In this document: positions 1 to 16,836 of the stretch, in pieces
Layout of the letters: every line of letters begins with the position of its first letter
Position numbering within the stretch: position 1 is the first letter of the stretch
NCBI RefSeq assembly: GCF_051903065.1
Contig: NZ_CP178438.1
Length of the DNA: 64,000 nt
Origin: Escherichia coli
GTDB taxonomy: Bacteria > Pseudomonadota > Gammaproteobacteria > Enterobacterales > Enterobacteriaceae
Direction: 5' to 3' (one strand)
Translations under genes and position numbers: made by a program
Notes under the pieces: generated by a model
Databases searched by the model: none
Seen by the model: only the letters and a program-made list of their open reading frames with translations
What the model was told of the DNA's origin: nothing

Positions 1-1251
1 GTGGCTATTCTGGGTGACCTCCAGGGGCCCAAAATCCGTGTATCCACCTTTAAGGAAGGCAAAGTTTTCCTCAATATTGGGGATAAATTCCTGCTCGACG
101 CCAACCTGGGTAAAGGTGAAGGCGACAAAGAAAAAGTCGGTATCGACTACAAAGGCCTGCCTGCTGACGTCGTGCCTGGTGACATCCTGCTGCTGGACGA
201 TGGTCGCGTCCAGTTAAAAGTACTGGAAGTTCAGGGCATGAAAGTGTTCACCGAAGTCACCGTCGGTGGTCCCCTCTCCAACAATAAAGGTATCAACAAA
301 CTTGGCGGCGGTTTGTCGGCTGAAGCGCTGACCGAAAAAGACAAAGCAGACATTAAGACTGCGGCGTTGATTGGCGTAGATTACCTGGCTGTCTCCTTCC
401 CACGCTGTGGCGAAGATCTGAACTATGCCCGTCGCCTGGCACGCGATGCAGGATGTGATGCGAAAATTGTTGCCAAGGTTGAACGTGCGGAAGCCGTTTG
501 CAGCCAGGATGCAATGGATGACATCATCCTCGCCTCTGACGTGGTAATGGTTGCACGTGGCGACCTCGGTGTGGAAATTGGCGACCCGGAACTGGTCGGC
601 ATTCAGAAAGCGTTGATCCGTCGTGCGCGTCAGCTAAACCGAGCGGTAATCACGGCGACCCAGATGATGGAGTCAATGATTACTAACCCGATGCCGACGC
701 GTGCAGAAGTCATGGACGTAGCAAACGCCGTTCTGGATGGTACTGACGCTGTGATGCTGTCTGCAGAAACTGCCGCTGGGCAGTATCCGTCAGAAACTGT
801 TGCAGCCATGGCGCGCGTTTGCCTGGGTGCGGAAAAAATCCCGAGCATCAACGTTTCTAAACACCGTCTGGACGTTCAGTTCGACAATGTGGAAGAAGCT
901 ATTGCCATGTCAGCAATGTACGCAGCTAACCACCTGAAAGGCGTTACGGCGATCATTACCATGACCGAATCGGGTCGTACCGCGCTGATGACCTCCCGTA
1001 TCAGCTCTGGTCTACCAATTTTCGCCATGTCGCGCCATGAACGTACGCTGAACCTGACTGCTCTCTATCGTGGCGTTACGCCGGTGCACTTTGATAGCGC
1101 TAATGACGGCGTAGCAGCTGCCAGCGAAGCGGTTAATCTGCTGCGCGATAAAGGTTACTTGATGTCTGGTGACCTGGTGATTGTCACCCAGGGCGACGTG
1201 ATGAGTACCGTGGGTTCTACTAATACCACGCGTATTTTAACGGTAGAGTAA
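1..1251 (+). CDS. pykA: pyruvate kinase II (5' partial; window starts inside gene)
   Basis: ORF open from window start, stop at 1249-1251; translation matches PykA C-terminal 416 aa as recalled. Confidence 0.95.
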
Positions 1252-1255
1252 GTAC

Positions 1256-1294
1256 GTTGCCGGATGCGGCGAAAACGCCACATCCGGCCTACAG
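1256..1294. repeat. REP (repetitive extragenic palindromic) element
   Basis: gccggatgcggcg...cgccacatccggc palindrome typical of E. coli REP. Confidence 0.7.
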
Positions 1295-1356
1295 TTCAAT
1301 GATAGTTCAACAGATTTCGAATATTCTGAAGCAAACTTGAACTTATCATCAGGCGA

Positions 1357-1386
1357 AGGCCTCTCCTCGCGAGAGGCTTTTTTATT
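1357..1386 (+). terminator. rho-independent terminator downstream of pykA
   Basis: GC stem gcctctc/gagaggc followed by T-run. Confidence 0.75.
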
Positions 1387-2353
1387 TGATGGGATAAAGA
1401 TCTTTGCGCTTATACGGCTGGATTTCGCCCGGTTTGCGAGTTTTCAGCAATTTTAGTATCCAGGTGTATTGTTCTGGTCGCGGACCAACAAAAATCTCGA
1501 CTTCTTCATTCATCCGCCGCGCAATCGTATGATCATCCGCCTCTAACAGATCATCCATCGGTGGGCGCACCTGAATCATCAGACGATGCGTCTTGCCATC
1601 ATAAATCGGAAACAGCGGTACAACGCGCGCACGGCACACTTTCATCAAACGACCAATCGCGGGCAACGTCGCTTTATAGGTGGCAAAGAAATCCACAAAT
1701 TCGCTGTGCTCTGGGCCATGATCCTGATCGGGTAAATAATATCCCCAGTACCCCTGACGTACCGACTGGATGAATGGTTTAATACCGTCATTTCTCGCAT
1801 GCAGACGACCGCCAAAGCGACGACGCACCGTGTTCCAGACATAATCAAAAACCGGGTTGCCCTGATTATGGAACATCGCTGCCATTTTCTGCCCTTGCGA
1901 GGCCATCAGCATGGCAGGAATATCGACGGCCCAACCGTGCGGCACCAGAAAGATAACTTTCTCGTTATTACGCCGCATCTCTTCGATGATCTCCAGCCCT
2001 TGCCAGTCAACGCGCGGCTGAATTTTCTCCGGCCCGCGTATTGCCAACTCAGCCATCATTGCCATCGCTTGCGGCGCGGTGGCAAACATCTCATCAACAA
2101 TCGCTTCGCGTTCAGCTTCACTACGTTCTGGAAAGCAGAGCGACAGATTGATTAACGCACGACGGCGTGAGCTTTTTCCCAGTCGTCCGGCAAAACGTCC
2201 CAGCCGTGCCAGAATGGGATCACGGAACTTTGGCGGCGTTAAAGCGATACCCGCCATCGCTGCTACGCCCAGCCATGCTCCCCAGTAGCGCGGGTGGCGA
2301 AAGGATTTATCAAACTCAGGAATGTATTCGCTATTATTTTTTTTCGTTTCCAT
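1382..2353 (-). CDS. lpxM: lipid A biosynthesis myristoyltransferase
   Basis: 323-aa ORF matching LpxM/MsbB ([14 protein letters not shown]...). Confidence 0.95.
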   Translation of the reverse strand: METKKNNSEYIPEFDKSFRHPRYWGAWLGVAAMAGIALTPPKFRDPILARLGRFAGRLGKSSRRRALINLSLCFPERSEAEREAIVDEMFATAPQAMAMMAELAIRGPEKIQPRVDWQGLEIIEEMRRNNEKVIFLVPHGWAVDIPAMLMASQGQKMAAMFHNQGNPVFDYVWNTVRRRFGGRLHARNDGIKPFIQSVRQGYWGYYLPDQDHGPEHSEFVDFFATYKATLPAIGRLMKVCRARVVPLFPIYDGKTHRLMIQVRPPMDDLLEADDHTIARRMNEEVEIFVGPRPEQYTWILKLLKTRKPGEIQPYKRKDLYPIK

Positions 2354-2424
2354 GCTTTTCCAGTTTCGGATAAGGCAAAAATCAATCTGGTGATAGTGTA
2401 GCGGCGCAACTTGCCCCGCACCAA

Positions 2425-2456
2425 ATAAAAAAAGCCGGTACTGACTACGTACCGGC
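2425..2456 (-). terminator. rho-independent terminator downstream of mepM
   Basis: A-run then gccggtac/gtaccggc hairpin on plus strand, i.e. hairpin plus T-run on minus strand. Confidence 0.7.
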
Positions 2457-2472
2457 TGCGAATGGATGTTAA

Positions 2473-3795
2473 TTAATCAAACCGTAGCTGCGGCACAATC
2501 TCTTTGGCCTGCGCCAGGAATTCGCGACGATCGGAGCCGGTCAGCCCTTCGGTACGCGGCAGTTTTGCCGTCAGCGGGTTTACGGCCTGCTGGTTTATCC
2601 ATACTTCATAGTGCAGATGCGGCCCGGTTGAACGTCCGGTATTACCGGAAAGCGCGATACGGTCGCCACGTTTCACCTTCTGTCCCGGTTTCACCAGAAT
2701 CTTGCGCAAGTGCATATAACGCGTGGTGTAGCTGCGACCATGACGAATAGCCACATAATAACCTGCTGCGCCACTGCGTTTGGCAACCACCACTTCACCG
2801 TCACCCACTGAAAGCACTGGCGTACCCTGCGGCATGGCGAAATCAACACCTCTGTGTGGTGCAACGCGACCGGTCACCGGATTAGTACGACGCGGGTTAA
2901 AGTTAGACGAGATACGGAACTGTTTCGCCGTCGGGAATCGCAAGAATCCTTTCGCCAGACCAGTACCGTTACGATCGTAGAATTTGCCATCTTCAGCGCG
3001 GATAGCGTAATAATCTTTACCTTCTGAACGCAAACGTACGCCCAGCAGCTGGCTTTGCTCACGTTTACCATCAAGCATTTCTCGAGACATTAATACCGCA
3101 AATTCATCGCCTTTTTTCAGTTTGCGGAAATCCATTTGCCACTGCATGGCTTTAATCACTGCGCTCACTTCGGCGCTGGTTAAACCGGCGTTTCTGGCGC
3201 TGGCAACAAAGCTCCCCCCGACGGTACCTTTCAGCAGATTGTTAACCCACTCTCCTTGCTGCATTTCGCTGGTCATTTTAAAACCGTTAGCGGCAGTACG
3301 GTCATAGGTTCGGGTTTCACGACGAGACACTTCCCAGGTGAGGCGCTGCAGTTCGCCGTCCGCGGTTAATGTCCAGGAGAGTTGTTGACCGATTTTCAGG
3401 TTACGCAATTCTTTGTCGGCCGCAGCCAGTTGGGTGATATCACCCATATCAATACCATACTGATTGAGAATGCTGCTTAGCGTATCGCCAGTGGAAACAA
3501 CATATTCATGCACGCCCGCTTCACCGGCGATTTTGTCATCCAGTTCGTCCTGGGGAATGGCTTCATCTTCTTGTGCAGCTTGATCAATCGGCTCACTGGC
3601 TTCAGGCAAGAGCGAACGAATTTCGTTCTGTTCCAGCTCAATGGTTTTGACAATTGGCGTGGCATCGCGGTGATAAACATAGGGCCGCCAGACAGCGACG
3701 GCCAGAGTAAGAACGGTGAGCGACCCCAACATAACGCGGTGTGGTCGCGGTAAATTATTAAACGCCAGGGCGACAGAGCGGGCTATCTGTTGCAC
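2473..3795 (-). CDS. mepM: murein DD-endopeptidase MepM (LysM + M23 peptidase)
   Basis: 440-aa ORF matching YebA/MepM. Confidence 0.95.
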
Positions 3796-3810
3796 GTAAT
3801 CACTTCCTCA

Positions 3811-4743
3811 TTAATCTCCTTTCAGGCAGCTCGCATACTGGTTGGCTAATTGACTCAGGAATTCTGAATAGCTTGTTTTACCCAGTTTGATATTCGTCCC
3901 CAGGGGATCCAACGTTCCCATACGAACGGATGTCCCTCGTGCGACGCTCTCAACGACCGCTGGCCTGAACTGTGGCTCAGCAAAAACGCAGGTTGCTTTT
4001 TGCTCAACCAACTGTGTTCTTATTTCATGTAAACGCTGCGCGCCAGGTTGAATCTCAGGATTAACGGTAAAATGACCAAGCGGTGTCAGTCCGAACTGTT
4101 TTTCGAAATAGCCGTAAGCATCGTGAAAAACGAAATAACCTTTCCCCTTGAGCGGCGCGAGCTCGTTACCAACCTGCGTTTCGGTTGAGGCTAATTGTGC
4201 CTCAAAATCCTTCAGGTTGGCGTCAAGTTTGGCTCGACTTTGCGGCATAAGTTCCACTAATTTTCCATGGATTGCAACCGCTGTAGCCCGCGCTATCTCT
4301 GGGGAAAGCCAAAGATGCAGGTTGAAATCGCCGTGATGGTGATCTTCGTCACTTTTTTCCGCGTGGTCGTGATCATCATCATCGCCGTGAATACTTTTCA
4401 TCAGTAGCGGTTTCACATCTTCAAGCTGCGCAATCGTTACCTGCTTCGCTTCTGGTAATTTGCTTACCGGTTTTTGCATAAACGCTTCCATCTCCGGGCC
4501 AACCCAAACGACTAAGTCCGCGTTCTGTAAGCGTTTTACATCCGATGGACGCAGTGAATAATCATGTTCAGAGGCGCCATCAGGAAGTAATACCTCCGTC
4601 TCTGTTACCCCATCAGCAATAGCGGAAGCGATGAATCCAACAGGTTTAAGCGAAGCGACAACGGCGGCATCTGCGGCCTGTGTTGCACCTCCCCAGAGAG
4701 CGGCGGATAATGCTGCGAAAAGAAGCGTTTTTTTATGTAACAT
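3811..4743 (-). CDS. znuA: zinc ABC transporter periplasmic binding protein
   Basis: ORF track gives 352 aa; start trimmed to [14 protein letters not shown] (ATG at 4743..4741) for 310 aa; His/Asp-rich loop [19 protein letters not shown]. Confidence 0.93.
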
Positions 4744-4771
4744 AATGCGACCAATCATCGTAATGAATATG

Positions 4772-4796
4772 AGAAGTGTGATATTATAACATTTCA
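4772..4796. promoter_or_regulatory. Zur box in divergent znuA / znuCB promoter
   Basis: near-palindrome gtgatattataacatttcatg between divergent znuA and znuC starts; established Zur-regulated locus. Confidence 0.7.
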
Positions 4797-4821
4797 TGAC
4801 TACTGCAAGACTAAAATTAAC

Positions 4822-5577
4822 ATGACAAGTCTGGTTTCCCTGGAAAATGTCTCGGTTTCTTTTGGCCAACGCCGCGTCCTCTCTGATGTGTCGCTGGAAC
4901 TTAAACCTGGAAAAATTTTGACTTTACTTGGGCCAAATGGCGCAGGTAAGTCGACACTGGTACGGGTAGTGCTCGGGCTGGTAACACCCGATGAAGGGGT
5001 TATCAAGCGCAACGGAAAACTGCGCATCGGCTATGTACCGCAGAAGCTGTATCTCGACACCACGTTGCCACTGACCGTAAATCGTTTTTTACGCTTACGC
5101 CCTGGTACACATAAAGAAGATATTTTGCCTGCACTGAAACGTGTCCAGGCCGGGCACCTGATTAACGCACCGATGCAAAAGCTCTCTGGTGGCGAAACGC
5201 AGCGTGTACTGTTAGCGCGAGCATTGTTAAATCGCCCGCAATTATTAGTGCTGGATGAACCCACTCAAGGCGTGGATGTAAATGGCCAGGTGGCGTTATA
5301 TGACCTTATTGACCAACTGCGTCGTGAACTGGATTGTGGCGTTTTAATGGTTTCTCACGATCTGCATCTGGTGATGGCAAAAACCGATGAAGTGCTGTGC
5401 CTGAATCACCACATTTGTTGTTCCGGCACACCGGAAGTTGTTTCCCTGCATCCGGAGTTTATTTCAATGTTTGGTCCTCGTGGTGCTGAACAACTGGGTA
5501 TCTATCGCCATCATCATAATCATCGTCACGATTTACAGGGACGAATTGTTTTGCGTCGGGGAAATGATCGCTCATGA
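4822..5577 (+). CDS. znuC: zinc ABC transporter ATP-binding protein
   Basis: 251-aa ORF, Walker [13 protein letters not shown] signature LSGGETQR. Confidence 0.95.
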
Positions 5578-6359
5578 TTGAATTATTATTTCCCGGTTGG
5601 TTAGCCGGGATCATGCTCGCCTGTGCCGCGGGTCCGCTGGGTTCGTTTGTAGTCTGGCGTCGTATGTCTTATTTCGGTGATACGCTGGCTCATGCCTCAT
5701 TACTTGGTGTCGCGTTTGGTTTGTTGCTGGACGTGAATCCATTCTATGCGGTGATTGCCGTTACGCTGCTGCTGGCGGGCGGTCTGGTATGGCTGGAGAA
5801 GCGTCCACAGCTGGCGATCGACACGTTATTAGGGATTATGGCGCACAGTGCCCTGTCGCTGGGCCTGGTGGTCGTTAGTCTGATGTCTAACATTCGTGTT
5901 GATTTGATGGCTTACCTGTTCGGTGATTTACTGGCAGTGACGCCAGAAGATCTCATCTCTATTGCAATTGGCGTGGTCATCGTGGTGGCTATTTTGTTCT
6001 GGCAATGGCGCAATTTGCTGTCGATGACGATTAGCCCGGATCTGGCGTTTGTTGATGGTGTGAAATTACAGCGAGTGAAATTGTTGTTGATGCTGGTGAC
6101 GGCATTGACGATTGGTGTAGCGATGAAATTTGTCGGTGCGTTGATTATTACTTCGTTGCTGATTATTCCTGCAGCTACTGCGCGTCGCTTTGCCCGTACG
6201 CCGGAACAGATGGCTGGTATCGCTGTTTTGGTGGGGATGGTGGCAGTAACTGGCGGTTTAACCTTTTCCGCGTTTTACGATACACCGGCGGGTCCGTCGG
6301 TGGTGCTATGTGCGGCACTGTTATTTATTATCAGTATGATGAAAAAGCAGGCCAGCTAA
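5574..6359 (+). CDS. znuB: zinc ABC transporter permease
   Basis: 261-aa hydrophobic ORF, 4-nt overlap with znuC stop. Confidence 0.95.
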
Positions 6360-6371
6360 TCTATCGCTGAA

Positions 6372-7618
<1,247 letters not shown>

Positions 7619-7623
7619 TTACC

Positions 7624-8235
7624 TCATAACGCGGCGCGTAGGGCTTCGCGAATTAATGTTTCACTGCTGGCGTCAGGGCGAGCGATTTTGCTCACCATGC
7701 GGCTTGCTTCTTGTGGTTTATAGCCCAGCGCCACCAGCGCGGCAACCGCTTCTTGTTCAGCATCGTCGGTCGCCGGGCTGGCAGGAGACGTGAGTACCAG
7801 GTCGGCGGCTGGCGTAAAGAGATCGCCATGCAAACCTTTAAATCGGTCTTTCATTTCCACAATCAAGCGTTCGGCGGTTTTTTTGCCAATACCCGGCAGT
7901 TTCACCAGTGCCCCCACTTCTTCACGCTCAACGGCATTAACGAACTGCTGCGCTGACATTCCGGAGAGGATCGCCAGCGCCAACTTCGGGCCGACGCCGT
8001 TGGTTTTGATCAACTCTTTGAACAATGTGCGCTCTTGTTTATTGTTAAAACCGTACAGCAGTTGCGCGTCTTCACGCACCACAAAGTGGGTGAAAACGAT
8101 CGCTTCCTGACCCGCTTCAGGGAGTTCATAAAAACAGGTCATCGGCATATGCACTTCATAGCCTACGCCGCCCACTTCAATTAACACCAGCGGGGGTTGT
8201 TTTTCAATGATGATGCCTCTGAGTCTGCCTATCAC
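7624..8235 (-). CDS. ruvA: Holliday junction DNA helicase RuvA
   Basis: 203-aa ORF matching RuvA. Confidence 0.97.
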   Translation of the reverse strand: MIGRLRGIIIEKQPPLVLIEVGGVGYEVHMPMTCFYELPEAGQEAIVFTHFVVREDAQLLYGFNNKQERTLFKELIKTNGVGPKLALAILSGMSAQQFVNAVEREEVGALVKLPGIGKKTAERLIVEMKDRFKGLHGDLFTPAADLVLTSPASPATDDAEQEAVAALVALGYKPQEASRMVSKIARPDASSETLIREALRAAL

Positions 8236-8284
8236 ATGACGCTCCTGCGTAATGAATCAAAGATAATGCTGTATGATAAAAAAA

Positions 8285-8304
8285 TGCTGGATAGATATCC
8301 AGCG
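8285..8304. promoter_or_regulatory. LexA (SOS) box upstream of ruvAB
   Basis: CTGG-N8-CCAG core (tgctggatagatatccagcg) upstream of ruvA start; fits LexA CTG-N10-CAG. Confidence 0.75.
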
Positions 8305-8509
8305 AAGGATGAAGAAAACTTGCGAGGTGTCTCGATGAACTGAAAAATGGCACAGTATAATTTATTCTACAGGTTATATTGGAAGCAAATATTTTAATAT
8401 TACATATTCAGTGAAGAAATGCGTAATAAAAATATACATTGCGCCTCCTGAAAAAATAAATTTTTTATGCTGTTACGTATATTCGTATCTATTTCAATGG
8501 AATGACAAC

Positions 8510-9112
8510 GTGAATATTAATTACCCTGCTGAATATGAAATTGGAGATATCGTCTTTACATGTATAGGTGCTGCCTTATTTGGTCAAATATCAGCTGCAT
8601 CAAATTGCTGGAGTAATCACGTCGGGATCATTATCGGTCATAACGGTGAAGACTTCCTGGTTGCAGAAAGCCGGGCTCCCCTTTCAACCATCACCACGCT
8701 ATCTCGTTTTATTAAACGTTCGTCTAATCAACGCTATGCTATAAAGCGATTAGACGCTGGGCTGACAGAACAACAAAAACAACGAATTGTTGAACAGGTT
8801 CCCTCCCGGCTACGCAAACTTTACCACACCGGTTTTAAATACGAATCTTCGCGCCAGTTCTGTTCAAAATTTGTTTTTGATATTTATAAAGAAGCGCTAT
8901 GTATTCCGGTGGGTGAAATAGAGACGTTTGGAGAATTGTTAAATAGCAATCCGAATGCAAAACTCACTTTCTGGAAATTCTGGTTCCTGGGTTCTATTCC
9001 GTGGGAGCGTAAAACCGTCACGCCAGCCAGTTTGTGGCATCATCCGGGTTTGGTGTTGATTCATGCGGAGGGAGTGGAAACGCCTCAGCCGGAACTGACC
9101 GAGGCGGTATAA
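8510..9112 (+). CDS. yebB: YebB, DUF830-family protein
   Basis: ORF track 233 aa from GTG 8411; trimmed to internal GTG at 8510 giving the 200-aa form [16 protein letters not shown]; AT-rich. Confidence 0.8.
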   Translation: MNINYPAEYEIGDIVFTCIGAALFGQISAASNCWSNHVGIIIGHNGEDFLVAESRAPLSTITTLSRFIKRSSNQRYAIKRLDAGLTEQQKQRIVEQVPSRLRKLYHTGFKYESSRQFCSKFVFDIYKEALCIPVGEIETFGELLNSNPNAKLTFWKFWFLGSIPWERKTVTPASLWHHPGLVLIHAEGVETPQPELTEAV

Positions 9113-9113
9113 C

Positions 9114-9635
9114 TTAACGCAGTCGCCCTCTCGCCAGGTTCAGCCGCGATTCGCTCATCTGCATCGCATTCTGACTAACGTGGCAGTGGGTGATGGCAAT
9201 CGCCAGCGCATCGGCGGCATCCGCCTGTGGATTAGCGGGCAGTTTCAGCAAGGTGCGGACCATATGCTGCACCTGGCTTTTTTCGGCACTACCAATACCT
9301 ACCACCGTTTGTTTTACCTGACGTGCCGCGTATTCAAATACTGGCAACTCCTGATTCACCGCCGCCACAATCGCCACGCCGCGCGCCTGGCCCAGTTTCA
9401 GGGCTGAGTCAGCGTTCTTTGCCATAAAGACTTGTTCAATGGCGAAATAATCAGGCTGGAACTGGGTGATGATTTCCGTCACGCCCGCATAGATGAGTTT
9501 CAGACGAGACGGTAAATCATCCACTTTGGTGCGGATGCATCCGCTACCCAGGTAGGACAGTTGCCTACCTACCTGGCGGATGACGCCGTAGCCGGTCACG
9601 CGCGAACCCGGATCAATGCCGAGAATAATAGCCAT
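9114..9635 (-). CDS. ruvC: crossover junction endodeoxyribonuclease RuvC
   Basis: 173 aa from second Met ([12 protein letters not shown]...). Confidence 0.95.
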
Positions 9636-9669
9636 CACGCGTCTCCGTTTTGCTGTTTAGCAGGCCTCA

Positions 9670-10410
9670 TCAGAGAGTCGCTGCGACCTCATCAGAGATT
9701 TCACCGTTATGGTAAACTTCCTGCACGTCGTCGCAATCTTCCAGCATATCGATCAGACGCATCAGTTTCGGTGCGGTTTCTGCATCCATATCAGCTTTGG
9801 TAGACGGGATCATGGAAACTTCCGCGCTGTCTGCTTTCAGACCTGCCGCTTCCAGAGCGTCGCGCACTTTACCCATTTCTTCCCATGCAGTGTAGACATC
9901 AATCGCGCCGTCATCATAGGTCACAACGTCTTCAGCACCTGCTTCCAGTGCTGCTTCCATGATGGTGTCTTCATCGCCTTTCTCGAAGGAGATGACGCCT
10001 TTTTTGCTGAACAGATAGGCTACGGAACCATCAGTACCGAGGTTACCGCCACATTTGCTGAATGCATGACGCACTTCAGCAACGGTACGGTTGCGGTTGT
10101 CAGACAGACATTCAATCATGATTGCCGTGCCGCCAGGACCGTAACCTTCGTAGATGATGGTTTCCATGTTCGCATCATCATCACCGCCCACACCACGTGC
10201 AATTGCGCGGTTCAGAGTGTCACGGGTCATGTTGTTAGACAGCGCTTTATCCACCGCTGCACGCAGACGCGGGTTAGCGTCCGGATCGCCACCGCCCAGC
10301 TTAGCCGCGGTTACCAGCTCACGAATGATTTTAGTGAAGATTTTACCGCGCTTAGCATCCTGCGCAGCTTTACGATGTCTGGTGTTGGCCCATTTACTAT
10401 GACCTGCCAT
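9670..10410 (-). CDS. yebC: YebC/PmpR-family transcriptional regulator
   Basis: 246-aa [17 protein letters not shown]... Confidence 0.95.
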
Positions 10411-10438
10411 AAAAATATCTCCAGATAGCCCTGCCTGT

Positions 10439-10891
10439 TCAGGCAGCGTTAATTACAAACTGTTCAATCGCCTGCCGGTTGCTCCAGGACTTAGTGAGCG
10501 CTGCCGCAGCAGGCGCATCAAGCCACTTGTAAGCCAGATGTTCAGTGAAAACGATCTGCCGCTCGTGCGGAAGCGCAAGACAGAACCATGATTCCGTATT
10601 ACGCGTCACGCCCGGCGCATAGCGATGACGTAAATGTGAAAAAATTTCAAACTCTACCGTGCGCTGACAGTCAATTAAGGTCAGTTGTTCAGCGACAACA
10701 TCAATGGTGACCTCTTCCTTTACTTCGCGCATGGCAGCTTGCGGCGCGGTTTCACCCTCTTCCACGCTGCCGGTTACCGACTGCCAGAAATCGGGATCAT
10801 CACGCCGCTGCAACATCAGCACCCGTTTCGTATCTTGTGCGTAGATGACCACTAAGATCGAAACGGGACGCTTATACACTTTATCCTTCAC
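10439..10891 (-). CDS. nudB: dihydroneopterin triphosphate diphosphatase (Nudix)
   Basis: Nudix box [20 protein letters not shown]; start trimmed to GTG at 10891 (VKDKVYKRP) for 150 aa. Confidence 0.88.
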
Positions 10892-11008
10892 GCTGCCTCT
10901 TCGTTGACTGCCTTCGCTCATCCCATTCACATAGTTATCTATGCTCATGGGAGTTCACTCAGTTGCCGCCTCGATGCAACGCGAATGATTTCGTGTATTT
11001 GAGTCATA

Positions 11009-12781
11009 TCAGTTATTCTCAGCCTTCTTCACAACCTGAATGCTCAGCTCAGCCAGTGCAGCCGGGTTAGCAAAGCTCGGTGCTTCAGTCATCAGACACG
11101 CTGCCGCCGTGGTTTTCGGGAAGGCGATAACGTCACGGATATTGTCGGTGCCGGTCAGCAGCATGGTCAGACGGTCAAGACCGAATGCCAGACCTGCGTG
11201 CGGCGGAGTACCGTATTTCAGAGCGTCGAGCAGGAAGCCGAATTTCTCGCGCTGTTCCTCTTCGTTGATACCCAGAATACCAAACACCGTCTGCTGCATA
11301 TCACCATTATGGATACGTACTGAACCACCGCCCACTTCGTAACCATTGATGACCATATCGTAAGCGTTCGCCACCGCATTTTCCGGTGCAGCTTTCAGCT
11401 CTGCAGCCGTCATGTCTTTCGGTGAGGTGAACGGATGGTGCATTGCCGTCAGGCCGCCTTCACCGTCGTCTTCAAACATCGGGAAGTCGATAACCCACAG
11501 CGGTGCCCATTTGCTTTCGTCGGTCAGACCAAGGTCTTTACCCACTTTCAGGCGCAGTGCGCCCATCGCGTCGGCAACAATTTTCTTGTTGTCGGCACCG
11601 AAGAAAATCATATCGCCATCTTGCGCGGCAGTACGATCCAGGATGGCTTCGATGATTTCTGCATTAAGGAACTTCGCTACCGGGCTGTTGATACCTTCCA
11701 GACCTTTCGCGCGTTCGTTAACTTTGATGTAAGCCAAACCTTTCGCGCCGTAGATTTTAACGAAGTTACCGTATTCGTCGATCTGCTTACGGGTCAGCGA
11801 TGCGCCACCCGGAACACGCAGAGCGGCAACGCGACCTTTCGGATCGTTCGCCGGACCTGCAAATACTGCAAACTCAACAGATTTCAGCAGATCAGCAACG
11901 TCGGTCAGTTCCATCGGGTTACGCAGATCCGGTTTATCAGAACCATAACGGCGTTCGGCTTCCGCAAAGGTCATTACCGGGAAATCGCCCAGATCCACGC
12001 CCTTCACTTCCAGCCACAGATGGCGCACCAGCGCTTCCATCACTTCACGCACTTGCGGCGCGGTCATGAAAGAAGTTTCCACATCGATCTGAGTAAATTC
12101 AGGCTGACGATCAGCGCGCAGGTCTTCGTCACGGAAGCATTTAACGATCTGATAGTAGCGGTCAAAGCCGGACATCATCAGCAGCTGTTTGAACAACTGT
12201 GGGGATTGCGGCAGTGCGTAGAATTTACCTTTGTGCACACGAGAAGGCACCAGGTAGTCACGCGCGCCTTCCGGCGTGGCTTTGGTCAGCATCGGAGTTT
12301 CGATGTCGAGGAAGCCGTGGTCATCCATAAAACGGCGCACCAGGCTGGTGATTTTAGCGCGGGTTTTCAGGCGCTGAGCCATTTCCGGACGACGCAGGTC
12401 GAGGTAGCGGTATTTCAGACGCGCTTCTTCGGTGTTGACGTGGTTAGAGTCAAGCGGCAGAACATCTGCGCGGTTGATGATAGTCAGCGAGGACGCCAGC
12501 ACTTCGATTTCGCCGGTCGCCATATCGCGGTTAATATTTTTTTCGTCACGCGCACGTACGGTGCCCGTGACCTGAATGCAGAACTCATTACGCAGTTCAG
12601 AGGCCAGCTTTAACGCGTCCGCACGATCCGGATCGAAAAATACCTGCACGATACCTTCGCGGTCGCGCATATCGATGAAGATCAGGCTACCAAGATCACG
12701 ACGACGGTTGACCCAACCACACAGAGTCACCTGCTGCCCCACGTGGGACAAACGGAGCTGTCCACAATATTCTGTACGCAT
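11009..12781 (-). CDS. aspS: aspartate--tRNA ligase
   Basis: 590-aa class II aaRS matching AspRS. Confidence 0.97.
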   Translation of the reverse strand: MRTEYCGQLRLSHVGQQVTLCGWVNRRRDLGSLIFIDMRDREGIVQVFFDPDRADALKLASELRNEFCIQVTGTVRARDEKNINRDMATGEIEVLASSLTIINRADVLPLDSNHVNTEEARLKYRYLDLRRPEMAQRLKTRAKITSLVRRFMDDHGFLDIETPMLTKATPEGARDYLVPSRVHKGKFYALPQSPQLFKQLLMMSGFDRYYQIVKCFRDEDLRADRQPEFTQIDVETSFMTAPQVREVMEALVRHLWLEVKGVDLGDFPVMTFAEAERRYGSDKPDLRNPMELTDVADLLKSVEFAVFAGPANDPKGRVAALRVPGGASLTRKQIDEYGNFVKIYGAKGLAYIKVNERAKGLEGINSPVAKFLNAEIIEAILDRTAAQDGDMIFFGADNKKIVADAMGALRLKVGKDLGLTDESKWAPLWVIDFPMFEDDGEGGLTAMHHPFTSPKDMTAAELKAAPENAVANAYDMVINGYEVGGGSVRIHNGDMQQTVFGILGINEEEQREKFGFLLDALKYGTPPHAGLAFGLDRLTMLLTGTDNIRDVIAFPKTTAAACLMTEAPSFANPAALAELSIQVVKKAENN

Positions 12782-13090
12782 GAGATATCCCTTAACTTAG
12801 CTGCCGGCGGATGCCCCCTGCTGCGCAGGTGACCAAGTCGCAGCGTTAGCTGTATGTCACAACTGAATGAAAAAAGGCGGCTATTATACTGGAAATTCTG
12901 CCGCACCGTAAGAGCCTGGCCCGCGCTGGAACGCCTCGTTACCACTTTATATCGGGCCTGAAATCAGACTCTACGCCAGTTTGCTATAAAGGTGTTGCCC
13001 GAACTCATAAAAATTAACAAAATTTGTCGTTCCGCCATCGGCTAATCGCATTAAGGTGTGAGGCACGATTTTGTTTTTTCAGGAGTCATC

Positions 13091-13657
13091 ATGCTTGAAC
13101 TTAATGCTAAAACCACTGCGCTGGTGGTGATCGATTTACAAGAAGGCATCTTACCTTTTGCCGGTGGTCCACATACTGCCGATGAGGTAGTTAATCGCGC
13201 CGGGAAGCTGGCGGCGAAATTTCGCGCCAGCGGTCAGCCCGTGTTTCTGGTGCGCGTTGGCTGGTCTGCCGATTACGCCGAAGCATTAAAACAGCCGGTT
13301 GATGCCCCTTCCCCCGCTAAAGTGTTGCCCGAAAACTGGTGGCAACATCCAGCTGCATTAGGTGCAACTGACAGTGATATCGAAATAATCAAACGTCAGT
13401 GGGGTGCGTTTTACGGTACGGATCTGGAGTTGCAATTACACCGCCGAGGTATCGATACAATAGTGTTATGTGGGATCTCGACCAATATCGGTGTTGAATC
13501 CACCGCCCGCAATGCCTGGGAACTTGGCTTTAATCTGGTGATTGCCGAAGACGCCTGTAGTGCCGCCAGCGCCGAGCAACACAATAACAGCATTAATCAT
13601 ATCTACCCGCGCATCGCCCGTGTGCGTAGCGTGGAAGAGATCCTTCACGCGTTATGA
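13091..13657 (+). CDS. yecD: isochorismatase-family hydrolase YecD
   Basis: 188 aa from [17 protein letters not shown]; ORF track has 11-codon N-terminal extension from GTG. Confidence 0.88.
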   Translation: MLELNAKTTALVVIDLQEGILPFAGGPHTADEVVNRAGKLAAKFRASGQPVFLVRVGWSADYAEALKQPVDAPSPAKVLPENWWQHPAALGATDSDIEIIKRQWGAFYGTDLELQLHRRGIDTIVLCGISTNIGVESTARNAWELGFNLVIAEDACSAASAEQHNNSINHIYPRIARVRSVEEILHAL

Positions 13658-14472
13658 TTTACATCGGTCTACCGCAATGGTCGCATCCTAAATGGGTGCG
13701 GTTGGGGATCACCAGCCTTGAAGAGTATGCCCGCCACTTTAACTGCGTGGAGGGCAACACCACGCTTTACGCCCTGCCGAAACCCGAGGTTGTCCTGCGC
13801 TGGCGTGAGCAGACCACAGATGACTTCCGCTTCTGTTTTAAGTTTCCGGCGACCATTTCGCATCAGGCAGCATTACGGCATTGCGATGATTTAGTGACTG
13901 AATTTTTGACCCGCATGTCACCGTTGGCTCCGCGCATTGGGCAATACTGGCTGCAACTGCCTGCCACATTCGGCCCACGGGAGCTGCCTGCGCTTTGGCA
14001 TTTTCTCGATTCTCTCCCTGGCGAATTTAATTATGGTGTGGAAGTCCGCCATCCACAGTTTTTCGCCAAAGGGGAAGAGGAACAAACGCTTAATCGCGGT
14101 TTACATCAGCGCGGCGTTAATCGGGTGATTTTAGACAGCCGCCCGGTTCATGCAGCACGTCCACACAGTGAAGCTATTCGCGACGCTCAACGAAAAAAAC
14201 CTAAAGTTCCGGTACATGCTGTACTGACGGCGACAAATCCACTGATCCGTTTTATCGGTAGTGATGATATGACGCAAAACCGGGAATTATTTCAGGTCTG
14301 GTTACAAAAATTAGCGCAGTGGCATCAGACCACTACGCCTTATCTTTTTTTACATACGCCAGATATTGCCCAGGCCCCGGAACTGGTACATACCCTGTGG
14401 GAAGACTTACGTAAAACGCTTCCAGAGATCGGAGCAGTTCCGGCTATTCCACAGCAATCTTCTCTTTTCTGA
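13654..14472 (+). CDS. yecE: DUF72 family protein YecE
   Basis: 272-aa ORF; ATGA overlap with yecD stop. Confidence 0.92.
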   Translation: MIYIGLPQWSHPKWVRLGITSLEEYARHFNCVEGNTTLYALPKPEVVLRWREQTTDDFRFCFKFPATISHQAALRHCDDLVTEFLTRMSPLAPRIGQYWLQLPATFGPRELPALWHFLDSLPGEFNYGVEVRHPQFFAKGEEEQTLNRGLHQRGVNRVILDSRPVHAARPHSEAIRDAQRKKPKVPVHAVLTATNPLIRFIGSDDMTQNRELFQVWLQKLAQWHQTTTPYLFLHTPDIAQAPELVHTLWEDLRKTLPEIGAVPAIPQQSSLF

Positions 14473-14524
14473 ATTTGCCACCTATCATAGACAGGTGCCA
14501 TCGGCCATTTTAAAGGGAGTTTGT

Positions 14525-16672
<2,148 letters not shown>

Positions 16673-16680
16673 AGGTCTGG

Positions 16681-16800
16681 TATTACTGCCGGATGCGGCG
16701 TGAACGCCTTATCCAGCCTACAAAACCTTGCTAATTCAATATATTGCAGGGACTATGTAGGCCTGATAAGCATAGCGCATCAGGCAGCTTTATGTTTGCA
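16681..16800. repeat. REP elements between cmoB and torZ
   Basis: gccggatgcggcgtgaacgccttatcc... and gcctgataagcatagcgcatcaggc palindromes. Confidence 0.75.
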
Positions 16801-16836
16801 TAACCTCAGCGCCCGTTTCCGGGCGCTTTTCACGTC

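Noticed and set aside
3811-4869. 352-aa extended znuA ORF (and similar extensions of flhA, nudB, yecD, yecN, araG, araF, otsB, cheZ, tar, ftnA)
   Set aside because: Extensions lack RBS support; trimmed to internal starts that give the known protein lengths
9709-10428. 239-aa plus-strand ORF
   Set aside because: Antisense shadow of yebC
11435-12613. 392-aa plus-strand ORF
   Set aside because: Lies entirely antisense within aspS; low-complexity R/F/H-rich translation typical of shadow ORFs
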